Notes: generated by a model from the letters alone, not told the origin. A stretch of 64,000 nt of DNA from Octopus vulgaris (GCA_951406725.2 OX597818.1:10726001-10790000), one strand, 5' to 3'; counted from the first letter of the stretch, positions 23,523 through 37,075 are shown. Made by a program: numbers and translations.

Positions 23523-24045
23523 CTAACTGGCACTTCGTCAGTTACAACAATGAAGGTTCCAGTTGATCCAGTCAATGGAACAGCTTGTTCGTGAATCTAA
23601 CATGCATGTGGCTGAGCACTCTACAGACATGCCCTTAACTCTTTCATTACTGTATTTGAGATGCTCTGTGTTTCTTTCAATTACTTTAAATATATCAAAA
23701 AATTTAGTAAAATAACTTAGTTATTATTCAGCTAGTGTGAGGAGCATAAATTGTGATTAAGGTTTGGTGGAAGATTTTAATTCAAAACTTATGAAAACAA
23801 GACATTTGCACTCAGAGCCATAGCCGGTTTCAGCCGGGTTGGTAACGAAAGGTTAATGCAGTTCTCGAGGAGATTCAATGTAACACAGAATGTGACAAGG
23901 CTGGACCTTTAAAATACAAGTACTACTCATTTTTGCCAGCTGAGTGAACTGGAGCAATGTGAAACAAAGTGTATTGCTCAAGGATACAATGTATCACTGG
24001 GAATTGAGCCAAATACCCTAACCCCCAAAACACGCGCCTTCACTT
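23523..24045 (-). mobile_element. Family C-type SINE with tail type 2, 14-bp TSD
   Basis: Homologous to 48320-48608 and 62478-62797; TSD GAMAAATGGTGTAA at 23509-23522 and 24046-24059. Confidence 0.85.
23639..23852. mobile_element. piggyBac-type MITE (family P2) inserted in the SINE
   Basis: TTAA duplicated at 23635-23638 and 23853-23856, at the site where other copies read CCCTTAACGTAGTTCTC. Ends CTCTTTCATTAC / GTAACGAAAGG. Confidence 0.85.
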
Positions 24046-24445
24046 GACAAATGGTGTAAATACCCCTAAAACCAGCTCACAGTACCACCCACCCAGATTT
24101 TGAGATGCAAGTATTACAGAATGGTTTTCTCAGTGTCTATGACTGAGAGGAGATAACCAATCCAAAATGCATGCATCTCACAGTCTGGGCAGGTGGCATT
24201 TCAAGATGATTTTTTTTGTGCATTTACACCATTTGTCTATAGCAAGAAATTTTCTCCTTGACAAAACATAATAAATGGCTTATTTATGAGTTCAAACGTT
24301 CCCCAAGCATATTTGAACTGATAATAAGCCACGGGAGCTGGGAAACTGGCCCTTATGAGTCAGCATGATTCGAGAAGGTAACTTATACTCTTCACTGCTT
24401 TGCACTGCTATTCTGTGATTTGTTATTGTTGTAAGCATTTACTTG

Positions 24446-24893
24446 TGGAAGCACAATGGTCCAGTGGTTAGGGCAGCAGACTCGTGGGCATTGTGAGTGT
24501 TTATTGACTAAAAACACCTAAAGCTCCACAAGGTTCCGGCAGGGTGTGGTGGTGAACTCTGCTGTACTCTTTCACCACAATTTTCTCTCACTCTTTCTTC
24601 CTGTTTCTGTTGTACCTGTATGTCACACTGAATCTCCCTGAGAACTACGTTATGGGTACATGTGTCTGTGAAATGCTCGGCCACTTGCACATTAATAAAT
24701 GAGCTGCGACGTCACTGGTGCCAAGCTGTATCGGCCTTTGCCTTTCCCTTGGATAACATCTGTGGCATGGAGAGGGGAAGCTGGTACGCACGGGCGACTG
24801 CTGGTCTTCCATAAACAACCTTGCCCAGACTTGTGCCTTGGAGGGTAACTTTCTAGGTGCAATCCCATGGTCATCCATGACCGAAGGGGGTCA
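24446..24893 (+). mobile_element. Chimeric SINE: family D head + part of tail 2, then family C tail 1
   Basis: AATGGTCCAGTGGTTAGGGCAGCAGACTCG head as at 56659; switches at ~24696 to AAATGAGCTGCGACGTCACTGGTGCC. Confidence 0.8.
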
Positions 24894-26737
24894 CAAAACA
24901 AAAAAAAAAATGCATTTACTCACAAGTCAGACTCGATCCAGCAGAACTATGTTCAAATGTGTTCCAACCATGACTATATTGCATTGTAATTGGAGGGAGA
25001 TTTGGTCTTGATACTTTGTAGTCGACTGAATGGCCACCATGAGTAGCCACCACGTAGAAGTTTCTTTCATTGATTCAATGAAAGCAATGATGGAAATGAT
25101 GGTGAAGTGCTTGCTGATGAAGATGATGAGTGATGAATATATTTTCCTGCAGTTTTTTTTTATATGTGTGTAGGTGTAGGGGTGGAGTGAGATGGGTGTT
25201 TCTGGAATAAGCCATTATTTCGACTCAGTAAATGCAACAGAAGAGTAAGCATACATATCACTTCTCATTTAAGAAGTTGTCATTTTTGGGCAAGATGTTC
25301 AGCAGAAAATCACATGCTCCAACAATCCAAAATTAAATTTCAGCAATCAAATATTGAAATCTTCAATGGAAGAACAAACATTCAGCCAATGAAATCCACA
25401 GATTTAAATCAAAATAAATACATAAATAAAAGCTGAAAAATAAAAGAAAAGAAATAGAAATAAAGGCAAGCCCCTCCCCTGGAAAAAAAAAATGTTAAAG
25501 AAATAATAATAAACAATCCCAAGATACAAAAAGCAAAATGAAAAATAAAAAAATGTAATTAAGATTTATAACCCATCATTGTCACGCCCACCACCACCAT
25601 CAATGCTTACATCATTAATATCACCACCACTCACACTCTAATACCATCACCACCCCCACTCAATACCAGCATTACCTCCATTATCTCAATTTATCCCACC
25701 ACTAACAACAGCGACAACAGTACCAACAATACCCCATCATCAGCACAAACATCATATCCACCACCATCCCCAACACCACAACATCTACCACTACTATGAC
25801 CACCACACCTCAAACAACAGAAGCAACAACATTTTTGTGAACCATGATTTGTGGCAGACAACATCTGTTTGACATTTCAGAATCCTATAGGCAATTCATT
25901 CAATTTCTGTTAGAATTTTAGTTGCAAATCATGTGGAGAAATTTCATAGTTGAGCTTGTTACATTGTGCATTAGACATGGATACAGCATGCTCTCATTTT
26001 GGTACAAGTTTAATGTATTGCCTGAAAGAACAACAACAACAACAACAATGATGATGAAGCTGCTACTGCTGCTATTGTTGTTGTTGTTGTTATTGTTAAG
26101 CAACAAGACGGGTAAGGGTGATTGGGTGATGATCTAGGGCTTAGGGGCGGGAGACCACAGACCTTGGAAAAAAAAAGAAAGAAATAAAGAAAAAAACTTT
26201 GGTCGTCTTGTTGTAGTCGAGGGCTCTTTGTTGACGCCCGACACCACTGGGAGGTGATCCTCGAAGTTGCTAGAAATGGAAATCTCCAGGTCCAAATTCT
26301 TGAATGGCAAATTCTTGAAGCTGCTACTGCTGCTGCTGTTGTTGATGTTGAGCCCAAGGTCAACTTTGATTGAGGAGATTCATGATCAAGAGTGACCTAG
26401 TCATGACTGTCCTGCTTTTTCCCAGATATCTAGGGCTATATCATCTGTGTCCTTTCATTCTTTAAATGAACAATTGGGTGTTATGATTTTAGAAAGATTT
26501 TTTGGTTACTTCATTCAGTGATTACAATTTGGAGGATGTTCAGTATAGTCTCTAAATAACTACTGCAGTATAGCTTGTTCTGACACTACATCCACACTCA
26601 AGTGGGGATAAATATTACCTTTCTGTATTAATACTGCCTTTGTTCTTATAATATATTTTTTAACAAGCTCACTGGTTAGTTGTGACACCAGTGCCTGTTC
26701 TGCCAACTCACCACCTTTATAGTCCCTTATATTAGTC

Positions 26738-26929
26738 TTTTTCTCTTTTACTTGTTTCAGTCACTTGACAGCGGCCATGCAGGAGCACCACCTTTAGTTG
26801 AGCAAATCGACCCCGGGACTTATTCTTTGTAAGCCTAGTACTTATTCTATCGGTCTCTTTTGCCGAACTGCTAAGTGACGAAGACGTAAACACACCAGCA
26901 TCGGTTGTCAAGCAATGCTAGGGGGACAA

Positions 26930-26969
<40 letters not shown>

Positions 26970-26970
26970 T
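26738..26970 (-). mobile_element. Family B SINE, 3' half
   Basis: TTTACTTGTTTCAGTCA...GGGGACAAACACAC. Confidence 0.85.
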
Positions 26971-27144
26971 ATAATTAATAAACACCTCTTGACTCACTAC
27001 ATTAACTATGTCAGCAATGACTTCAGTATGTATTTTTCATACAGCAGGCGTCTCTGGGTGTTTCTTTCAATTATTTTTATAAACTAAGCCACAAATTTCA
27101 AATGTATGTCAAATATTCTTCTAGCTGAGATGGTGTCATTGCCT

Positions 27145-27177
<33 letters not shown>

Positions 27178-28369
27178 CATAGACAATAACCAGAATTGAA
27201 AGGGTTGTGATAGATTGATTCTAGCCTGGATTGATCTTAATTCTTCCTTAATTGTTCTCCCTTAATCTCAAAATAAACTTCTCTCTATATAATAAGGCCA
27301 TATTCCCCAATATTCTATAAAACTAACTATTCACTATTTCAGCAAATGTGTCATATACATACAAGCATCTAATAAGTTCTCTTATCATCAGGTTGTGAAC
27401 TGATAATCTTTGATGTGAGTTCCACTGGGATGCAGCATCTGCCTGGCCTTATTTTATGTTTATCAGCATCACTACCCAGCAATCATATTGAGCAACAGTG
27501 TTTGTGTGTGTGTGTGTGTGAAAGTGTGGGTGTGTGGGAGTGTGAGGGAAGGAGGTGGGGTTAGCTAGAAGCTGAGCTGTGAAATTACATTTCATTCATC
27601 TCACCACTTCTAAGATCAATATCAGCAACATCTACCAAAACAACCATTTACTACTATTACTACTATTACAACTACAACTAATACTACATCTATCACAAAC
27701 ACCATCACACCTCCTCTGTCTTCCTCATCATCATCCTCCTCCTTATCATCACCACCACTATCACCATCATCATCGCCAACATCAGAAAAGAGCAAAAATC
27801 TTTAATGCTGCCAAAATATAAATAAAAACTTCTGGAATTCTATTTACCAAATATGATTTTTAAACAAAATAAATAAACAAATCATCTAGCTACTGTTGTT
27901 GTTGTTGGCAGTGGTATTTTTTTAGCCTGTCTTAGGTCAGCCTTTTTTGAGCAAACTTCTAATTAAAGACATTCTAAAAGTGACAATCCTGGATATCTGC
28001 CCCCACCCACACCCCAGTTATAGTAAAATATTGGACCCCATTATCTCATTTATCCATTTTTTTCTTCTAATATTATAAGTTATGATTTGGCTGCTATTTC
28101 AAGAAGGTCAAGTGACTGCAAATGGACTCTTTAGTTTTATTTACTTATATATGTTTTGCTTAATTATTTTGGTATTCGTGACGAGACACATCACACATTT
28201 TGCTCATATCTGACTATCTTAATTAGATTTAGACAATTTCAGTTTCTTACTTATAATCCACCCAACCACAGCTTCTCCATATACAATTTGGCTTAAAAAC
28301 TGCTCAATATTTTAAATTCTTTTTTGACCAAAGCACCATCTCAAGTGGCATCCAAGCGGTTTAGATCTG

Positions 28370-28520
28370 CTGGCTCAATTGGTACTTATTATATCAGTCT
28401 CTGAAAGGATGAAAGGCAAAGTCAACCTCAATGGTATTTAAACTCAAAACATAAGGAACCAGAAGAATGATGCTAAACATTTTGTCCAATGTGTTAACGA
28501 TTCTACCTGCTTATCACCTT
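28370..28520 (-). mobile_element. Family A SINE (partial)
   Basis: GGTACTTATT...GAAAGGATGAAAGGCAAAGTCAACCTC...TAACGATTCT. Confidence 0.75.
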
Positions 28521-28572
28521 TAATGCCTTCTGTATTTCAACATCTTGCCTCTCACAATATAGAAACATTTCT

Positions 28573-28960
28573 AAGGCAGCGAGCTGGCAGAAAAGTGTGC
28601 TGGGCAAACTGCTTAGAGGTATTTCGTCTGCTGCGTTCTGAGTTCAAATTCCGCCAAGGTCGACTTTGCCTTTCATCCTTTCGGGGTCGATTAAATAAGT
28701 ACCAGTTACGCACTGGGGTCATAATCGACTCAATCTGTTTGTCTGTCCTTGTTTGTCCTCTCTGTGTTTAGCCCCTTGTGGGTAGTAAAGAAATAGATAT
28801 TTCATCTGTCTTTATGTTCTGATTTCAAATTCCGCTGAGGTCAACTTCACCTTTCATCCTTTCGGGTTTGATAAATTAAGTACCAGTTGTGTACTGGGGT
28901 TGATTCAATCGACTGGACCCCTCTCCAAAAATTTCAGGCCTTGTGCCTAGAGTAGAAAAG
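28573..28960 (+). mobile_element. Dimeric family A SINE with perfect 17-bp TSD
   Basis: Two CCTTTCATCCTTTCGGG cores with different tails; TSD AATATAGAAACATTTCT at 28556-28572 and 28961-28977. Confidence 0.9.
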
Positions 28961-29371
28961 AATATAGAAACATTTCTCATAGCTGCGGCAGACAAAATGG
29001 AAAAGGCATTACTCTAGAAGATGGTGATGGAGATGCAAGTTATTCTGGAATTCGGTTTGCAAAAGCTGATGAGTCAAAAACTACAAAAGGTTATCTTGTA
29101 ATAGTTCTGTTAAGGAATCAGGTTCTATTTATACAACTGACCTTGATATAATGTTTGTTTATGGTGATATCAACTTTACTGTTTTATGCAAGATAATTTT
29201 TGCTGTTGCTGTCAAGTAACTTTATACTTTGCCTGTCCTTCATTCAGCATCTCTCAGGTCAGCTTTTGCCTCTTGTCTGGATTTTGTATCTGCCTGAAGT
29301 AGACTTCCTACCCAAGTTTACAGTATATCATAATGGCCAAAGCTTATGTAGCTTAGAAAAAACTTAACCAC

Positions 29372-29618
29372 TAACCCTTTAGCATTCACATTACTCTGTC
29401 AAATACTCTTTTACTCTTTATTCTTTTACTTGTTTCAGTCATTTGATGCGGCCATGCTGGAGCACCGCCTGTTAGTTGAACGAATCGACCCCAGGACTTA
29501 TTCTTTGTAAGCCTAGTACTTATTCTATTGGTCTATTTTGCCAAACCGCTAAGTTACGGGGACATAAACACACCAGCATCAGTTGTCACGCGATATTGGG
29601 GGGACAAACACAGACACA

Positions 29619-29672
<54 letters not shown>

Positions 29673-30480
29673 TATATATATATACATATATATATATACA
29701 TATATAAGAGAGGCTTCTTTGAGTTTCCATCTACCAAATCCACTCACAAGGCTTTGGTCATCCTGAGGCTATAGTAGAAGACACTTGCCCAAGCTGCCAT
29801 ACAGTGGGACTGAACCCGGAACCATGTGGTTGGTAAGCAAGCTACTTACCACACAGCCACTCCTGCACCTATGTAATAATTATTTTGTCTTTTTCTTTTT
29901 GTTTGTTTCAGTCATTAGGCCGTGGTCATGCTGGAGCACCACCTTCAATTTTTTGTTGAAGGAATTGACTCCAGTACTTATTTTTTAAACCCTGGTACTT
30001 ATTCTATCAGTCACTTTTGCCAAACTGTTAAGTTACAGGATGTGAACACACCAACACCAATTGTCAAGTGGTGGTGGTGGTGGGACAAACACAGACACAA
30101 AGACACACACTAATATATACACACATACATACGCATATATATATATATGTATAATGGGCTTCTTTCAGTTTCCTTCTACCAAATCCACTCACAAGGCTTT
30201 GGTCAGCCCAAGGCTAAAGTAGAAGAAACTTGCCCAAGGTACCATGCAGTGGGACTGAACCTGGAACCATGTGGTTGGGAAGCAAGCTTCTTACTACACA
30301 GCCATGATTGGTTAGAATGATTCATACATAATCTCATAGCTTTGAAATTTAAAAGATGTGATTGTTTACTTTTAGAATGACATCGAAGGGTTGGTGCAAA
30401 GAGCTAGATCTGGCCAGTTTGAACATAAAATAGTCAGAATATTTTGGCCAGATATGGCCAGTTTTAGATGTTTATAGTTT
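29372..30480. mobile_element. piggyBac-type MITE (P1) interrupted by two family B SINEs (29405-29870 and ~29895-30306, both -)
   Basis: TAACCCTTTAGCATTCACATTACTCTGTCAAAT, then two SINEs, then ATCTCATAGCTTTGAAATTT...GATATGGCCAGTTT. Confidence 0.8.
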
Positions 30481-31769
30481 CAATTTAGCCTTTCTTAATC
30501 ATTGTGATTAAAATGTCAGTCAGAATCTTCAGTTCTTTACATGTGAGAAATGGATTTTTGAAGGTAAGCTTACCTACAATAACTTTTTATTTAGAGAGAA
30601 CATTTTCCCTTTTATCCACTTCACATATTAAAAACCAAAGCTAAACACCAGCTCAGCAAAAGCCTGTGAAAGGTTTTGAACTTTAGCTCTTTTGAAACAA
30701 TATTTCTAACACGAATAGAAATATATGGATTTCAATTAATTTTCTGAACAATCAAGAACCTGAGTGGAAATTTATTGTTGGTTAACTTAGAACTGTGATA
30801 TATCAAAGACATGTTTGTAATTATTCATCTTGTAAACATATGTAACTTTTTTTTATTTATTTAATTAATTATTAATTATTGCTATATTTATTGCTATACT
30901 TGTCTTATTTTTGGAATACAAGACAATTGTAGTATGATGGAAATTTTACTTTGCAAAGTATGTGCTATCATTCATGTAATAATGTAATTTGGGATCCTGA
31001 TTTCAAATTAAATATTAACACTTTAAAGCAGCTCATTAAAAGTGGTTTGGTAACTTAGAACCAAATTTCATATCATTTATCATCCATGTAGTAGTAGAGA
31101 AGCAGACAAAATGCATTACAGTTTTTAGTTGTTTTCCTTTATGTTCTTACTTTGCTTTTCCTCCTTCCTAGATTGATAAAATAGGTACCGGTCAAAAACT
31201 AGTGTTGATTTAATCCCTACCCATATGCCAATAATATAAATTCCTTGTAAGTTCTAAATAAATATTGGATAGACAGGCAAACAGTAATGAGATTCTATAG
31301 GGGCTATTTTTGTCACCTATTTTTCCAAACCCAGACACAACAAAATGCTTTCTTTTTCTTTTTATGTTTTATTTTTATATCTTTCAAAGAATGGATATTG
31401 ATTGCTCAAGTGTGCAAGAACTTTTACAGTTGGATACCTTGCCAAAATCCAACCGCTCAAGCATAAACAATTTGGGCATCTATTTGTCAGCTCGTCAGAC
31501 TGAGCAAATAAAATTTTCGCAACTACCCCACCGCCTCCTTTTTTTACTTTATTATTTGGTACAGCACCTGGCAACAAAAATGATTGATAATATAAGAGAA
31601 TTTCCAACTCATTTGTTATTTTAAAATAATATCTAAAATTTGAATCTGTTGTCTCGGAGCACTATTTATTGCAGATAAATCTAGAGACAGATGTCCAGAA
31701 ATAAAAAGGAGGGTCTTGTTTCTCTAATTTTAATTTTACATCATGTAGAATAGTGAAAATTAGAATATC

Positions 31770-31806
<37 letters not shown>

Positions 31807-32399
31807 GTAGAAACCATAAAAGAGGAAGGATGACAGGAAAGAGATGAAGGGATTATAGGAGACATCAAGAGAGATGGAGTAAGAAACATAGCCATGTGAG
31901 TAGGAGTGTATGGAGAGAAGGAGGGGGAGAATATGATGACACATACACAGCAGCCAATCAGAGCCATTTAAGGTATCAGACCAACTGGGGCAAGGGGAAA
32001 ACAAAGCACAACGTTATGTTTGTTTGTTTGTCTTTTATTCATGTTTTTGCAGTATGTCATTTTTGTTAATTTCATTTTCACCTCAGTAATTTAAGAAAAA
32101 TATTGGGGAAGAAAAAGAAAATATTGCTGGTCTATTGTTGATAGGGATGGGTAACGACACTATAAATCTAGTGAATTTTTTTAAAAGTCTTGTTGATACA
32201 AATGATTTGTTTCATCCTAACCTGTCTTACTTGTGATTAACAACCATCAAGCATCCAGTTTTGGTTTTGTTAATACACACATCTGACTGACAACCAATAC
32301 AGCAGTATTAGCTGTCGGCTGATTTGTACTTCATTTGTTTAAAATAAAATGAAGCAAAAGCTAAAGATGACTCAATATTTATTTACAAAAGTTAGCATT

Positions 32400-32448
32400 G
32401 ATAACAATAATGATAATAATAATAATAATAATAATGATAATAATAATG

Positions 32449-32526
<78 letters not shown>

Positions 32527-32527
32527 T

Positions 32528-32576
<49 letters not shown>

Positions 32577-32584
32577 TAATGATG

Positions 32585-32646
<62 letters not shown>

Positions 32647-32700
32647 TACCCCAGTGTCACTTTGATGGTATGCACTGCTCTCTCACTCAATAATAATAAT
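32400..32700. repeat. (AAT)n/(GAT) microsatellite with a 42-nt non-repetitive insert at 32647-32688
   Basis: Directly visible. Confidence 0.95.
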
Positions 32701-32917
32701 CCTTTTTACTATAAGCTCAAGGTCTAAAATTTTGGTGGAGGGGATGAGTCGATTACATCAACCCAAATGTTTTACTGGTACTTAATTTATTGACCCTGCA
32801 AAGATGAGAGGCAAAGTCGACCTCAGCAGAATTTGAACCCTGAACATGAAGACAGATGAAATACTTCTAAGCATTTCATCCACCATGCTAACAATTCTGC
32901 CAGTAGCTCACTGCCTT
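32699..32917 (-). mobile_element. Family A SINE embedded in (AAT)n
   Basis: Full-length match to 430-648, with (AAT)n on both sides. Confidence 0.85.
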
Positions 32918-32923
32918 AATAAA

Positions 32924-32994
<71 letters not shown>

Positions 32995-33699
32995 CAACAA
33001 CAATAACAGCAATAATGATAATGTGATTTTTAACATTGTTATGGAGTAATAAATTTCATGGGGAAAGATGCATTTCATTTTATCGCCATAACTGCAGTAT
33101 TTAACTGGTACCTATTTTATCAATTTTGAAAGATGAAAGGCAATGCTGTCAGGATATTATTGTTGCTGTTGTGATTGGGGGTGTTGGTGACAATGAGGAT
33201 TTTGTTGATTTTGTTTTACATGGGTACTAAAAGTGGAACGTTATGAAAATCAGAAATATAATCACAAACTTTTCTCTCCATCCTCACATTCTGGAAGAAA
33301 ACATTGGGAGTTTCCTCCAAAAGGAAAAGATCCTGCTAAAATTTTTCAACCTCATGTATTTAGCTACAAATTGAAAGCACAAAAACACTGCCTGACATTT
33401 CTTGTGAAAGACCCAGTGGGCAACTTAATCCTTCCTGCATGATATTACAGCAATTGTTCTATATAAGCCCATACATTGATCCATGAATGCATGAATAGTA
33501 AACATAATCTGTTGTCCATTTTAACACTCCTATTTTGCCTTTGTATACTTTTAACTGAAGTTATAATGTTGCAAGGATAACTTAGTGAGTTGCTTCCTGC
33601 TATGGTATCCTATATCATGGTTTCTTTCTCCCTTTCTGTCCACTAGTCTAGGAAGGCCTGCCCAAGGTTGTTACCATTCCTTCATCATCACCATCATCC

Positions 33700-33935
33700 T
33701 CATCCTCATCCTCGAACATCCATTTTCCATGCTGGCATGGGTTGGACATCTTGACCAGAGCTGGCAAGTAGGAGAGCTACACCAGGTTCCAGTCTGATTT
33801 GGCTTGATTTCTACAGTTGGATGCCCTTCCTAACACCAACTACTTTACAGTGTGTGCTGGGTGCTTTTAACATAGCTCTGGCACAAGTGCTTTGCTACAT
33901 TAAAAGCACCCAGAATACACTGTAAAGTGGTTAAA
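33700..33935 (-). mobile_element. Family E element
   Basis: TTTTCCATGCTGGCATGGGTTGGAC...GGATGCCCTTCCTAACACCAAC...GGGTGCTTTT. Confidence 0.75.
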
Positions 33936-34208
33936 TCCAGAACGATGTTATCTCCTCTACAGTGTCTCAAACATACCACATTGTTTCTATGATTTTATCC
34001 CACTGTTTGTACTGTTATCTTTGCAAAAGTTGCAATGAAATACCACTGCACCTCAGACATTCCCCTGTAGTTTGTGCTGCCATCCTTGCATAAGTTTTCA
34101 TAAACTGGTACTACACCTCAGTGGCACTATTAGGCCAAGGGTTTCAAAAACTTATCCTTAATATTTGATCTGAAGAAATGGCACTTCATCAATATCTAAG
34201 AGAGTGCT

Positions 34209-34425
34209 AAGGCAGCAAGCTGGAAGAATTATTAGCTTGCTGGGCAAAATGCTTTGTGGCATTTCTTCCATCTATATAGTCAGAGTTCAAATTCTGCCAC
34301 GGTCAACTTTGTCTTTCATCCTTTTGGGGTCAATAAAATAAGTACCAGTTGAGCACTAGAGTCGATGTAATCAAACAGCCCCCTCCCAAAAAATTGCTGG
34401 CCTTGTGCCAAAATTTGAAAACAAT
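34209..34425 (+). mobile_element. Family A SINE with TSD
   Basis: AAGGCAGCAAGCTGG head; TSD TAAGAGAGTGCT at 34197-34208 and 34429-34440. Confidence 0.88.
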
Positions 34426-34686
34426 ATTTAAGAGAGTGCTGATGAACCTATGACATATCTCAGCTGTGACTTTCCACAAATATTTCGATGACATGTGATG
34501 GACTGTAAAACAAATCCTTGCAATATCATACAATGAAAAGCTTAAATTTAAACATTTACATGAAACTAAAATACTAAAATATATTTGACTGTCTAATAAC
34601 AGGGTTATTAAAGGAATGAAAACCTTGACATGCCAAGCTGAGATGCATCACCATTACTGAGCTAAGGTAGACCCCATGTCACCATC

Positions 34687-34926
34687 AGGGCTGATTTTAA
34701 GTCAATGAGACCAATTGGTTCAAATTGGGCCCACACTAAGAGAGGGCCCTGAGCACACACTCAGGTGAAAGATGCTATGATGAATCATTGTGGCTTTATA
34801 GCTGGGAGTGACATACTACATCAACGCTCAGCTTTTGTAGAGTAGAGAGCTCCACTGACAATTCTCTAATTGTGCTCATACTTCTTTTCTACACAGGCTC
34901 TGCATAAAATTTGAAAATCAGTGCTT
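34687..34926. mobile_element. Possible hAT-like MITE
   Basis: Imperfect TIRs CAGGGCTGATTTT / AAAATCAGTGCTT; no 8-bp TSD seen. Confidence 0.3.
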
Positions 34927-35044
34927 ACTTGTTACAAATCTGTAAATGTATGACAATACTTAAGGAGCCAGATACCTATCCTGAACTACAACCTGATTTA
35001 CAACCATAGGTGGTTCTGCCTAGGATACAAGCTATAAAAAAGGC

Positions 35045-35515
35045 TTTAATTACAAAAGACTGCCACAAGAACTTTGCTACAATGTATCTCTGAAGATGAT
35101 GTAATCAAGGGAAAAAATCCACCTGGATATCTACAAAGGGTTACAGGTGAAAGTAAGTGAATTTCTAATTAACAGTACATGAACCATTCAAAAATAAAAT
35201 AGTAGAAGAACAAAATGAACAAGAAATGATTATACTCTTATTGAAGCAAAGCATAGCCATCTTACTAAAGAATATCAATAAACTATCAAAATATAAGAAG
35301 CTGGAAATGGAGATATTCTGAATATGGGAACTACAAAGAGAAATAATCTCTATAGTAATGAGTAGAGATGCAGAGAAATGTATAACCAAAACCACAAACT
35401 TATAGAAAATTACATGGTAATTATTAAACATGGTACACGTACATTTGTAGTACAATGTAATGCTGTATGTACCTAATACATGAATCTAACAGAGCTGCAC
35501 TTGAGAGTGCAGCGA
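35045..35515 (+). mobile_element. Highly decayed RLE-type (R4/Dong-like) retrotransposon C-terminal remnant
   Basis: Broken translation includes HEP..KIVE and KLSKYKKLEMEIF*IWELQREIISIVM, resembling the K.xKY.DL..EI..MW endonuclease segment. Confidence 0.5.
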
Positions 35516-35645
35516 AAACATGCAATAAACAAGAAGGCTAATGGAATGATAATGGTAAAAATAAAAACAATGATAATGATGGTGATGGTGATGGTGATGG
35601 TGATGGTGATGATGATAATGATTATTATTATTATTATTATTATTA

Positions 35646-35704
<59 letters not shown>

Positions 35705-35948
35705 CTAGGCACATGGATAGAAATTATGAGGTGAGGGAATTAATCAACTTCAGAACTTGGCTGGTACTTTATTTTATCAATCCCAGAAGGATGAAAGACA
35801 AAGCTAACCTCAGTGAGATTCAAACAATGAATATGAAGGCCACTGTATAACTGAATATTTTCTGCAACACAACAGTTTATATCACAGCAAAAGCATCATT
35901 ACTAATGATCTGACACTAGTACAAAACTTGATTTTAGTGGGAGAAATA

Positions 35949-36336
<388 letters not shown>

Positions 36337-36346
36337 TATAGTAGAT

Positions 36347-36744
36347 TCTTTTACTTGTTTCAGTCATTTGATTATGGCTATGCTGGAGCACTACCTTTAA
36401 TTGAACAAATCGATCCCAGGACTTATTCTTTGTAAGCCTAGTACTTATTCTATCGGTCTCTTTTGCTGAACTGCTAAGTTACGGGGACATAAACACACCA
36501 GCATCGGTTGTCAAGCGATGCTGGGGGACAAACACTGACACACAAACATACACACACACACGCACACACATATATATATATATATACGATGGGCTTCTTT
36601 CAGTTTCTGTCTACCAAATCCATTCACAAGGCTTTGGTCGGCCTGAGGCTATAGTAGAAGACATTTCCCCAAGGTGCCATGCAGTGGGACTGAACCCAGA
36701 ACCATGTGGCTGGTAAACAAGCTACTTACCATCCAGCCACTCCT
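36347..36744 (-). mobile_element. Family B SINE, near full length
   Basis: Colinear reverse complement of 49060-49440. Confidence 0.92.
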
Positions 36745-36887
36745 GATTTCTACTGATTCCTGTATTTGACTGACCAGTACTTCTTTACTGACTCACCCAC
36801 ACCACCCCAGAAGGATGTAGAGTAAAGTTGATTTCAGCGTAAAAAGAAGCAATATTTATTTTGGTGCAATTTGACTAATTCTACCAA

Positions 36888-37075
36888 CATTGTGTTCTTG
36901 AGCAAAGCACTTCATTTCACGTTGCTCCAGCCCACTTTCAATCAGAAGGGAATGTTGGCCTGCTTGCCTAGCCAGCAGGATGGCATCATTTGAAGGCTAA
37001 GATGACACAAAAATGATGTGACTAGTGATGTGTAACAACATCTGATAGCCTTGTTGGTCATGTGATCATGTGATA
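36888..37075 (+). mobile_element. Family C core + tail type 3 (headless)
   Basis: TTGTGTTCTTGAGCAAAGCAC core followed by TGTTGGCCTGCT...GTAACAACATCTGAT...CATGTGA, the tail also seen at 56832-56952. Confidence 0.7.

Larger units (their letters stand above)
23435..24312. mobile_element. ~340-bp foldback (palindromic) element interrupted by a SINE
   Basis: Left arm (23435-23522 plus 24060-24133) is the reverse complement of 24141-24312, e.g. AAGGAGAAAATTTCTTGC / GCAAGAAATTTTCTCCTT; centre CTCAGT-GTCTATG-ACTGAG. Confidence 0.85.

Noticed and set aside
29060-29100. CTGATGAGTC hammerhead-like start
   Set aside because: No adequate stem II, GAAA core or stem I pairing.
30562-30575. 14-bp palindrome AGGTAAGCTTACCT giving AG|GTAAG on both strands
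   Set aside because: No convincing polypyrimidine tract on either strand, so it is not called a ratchet point.
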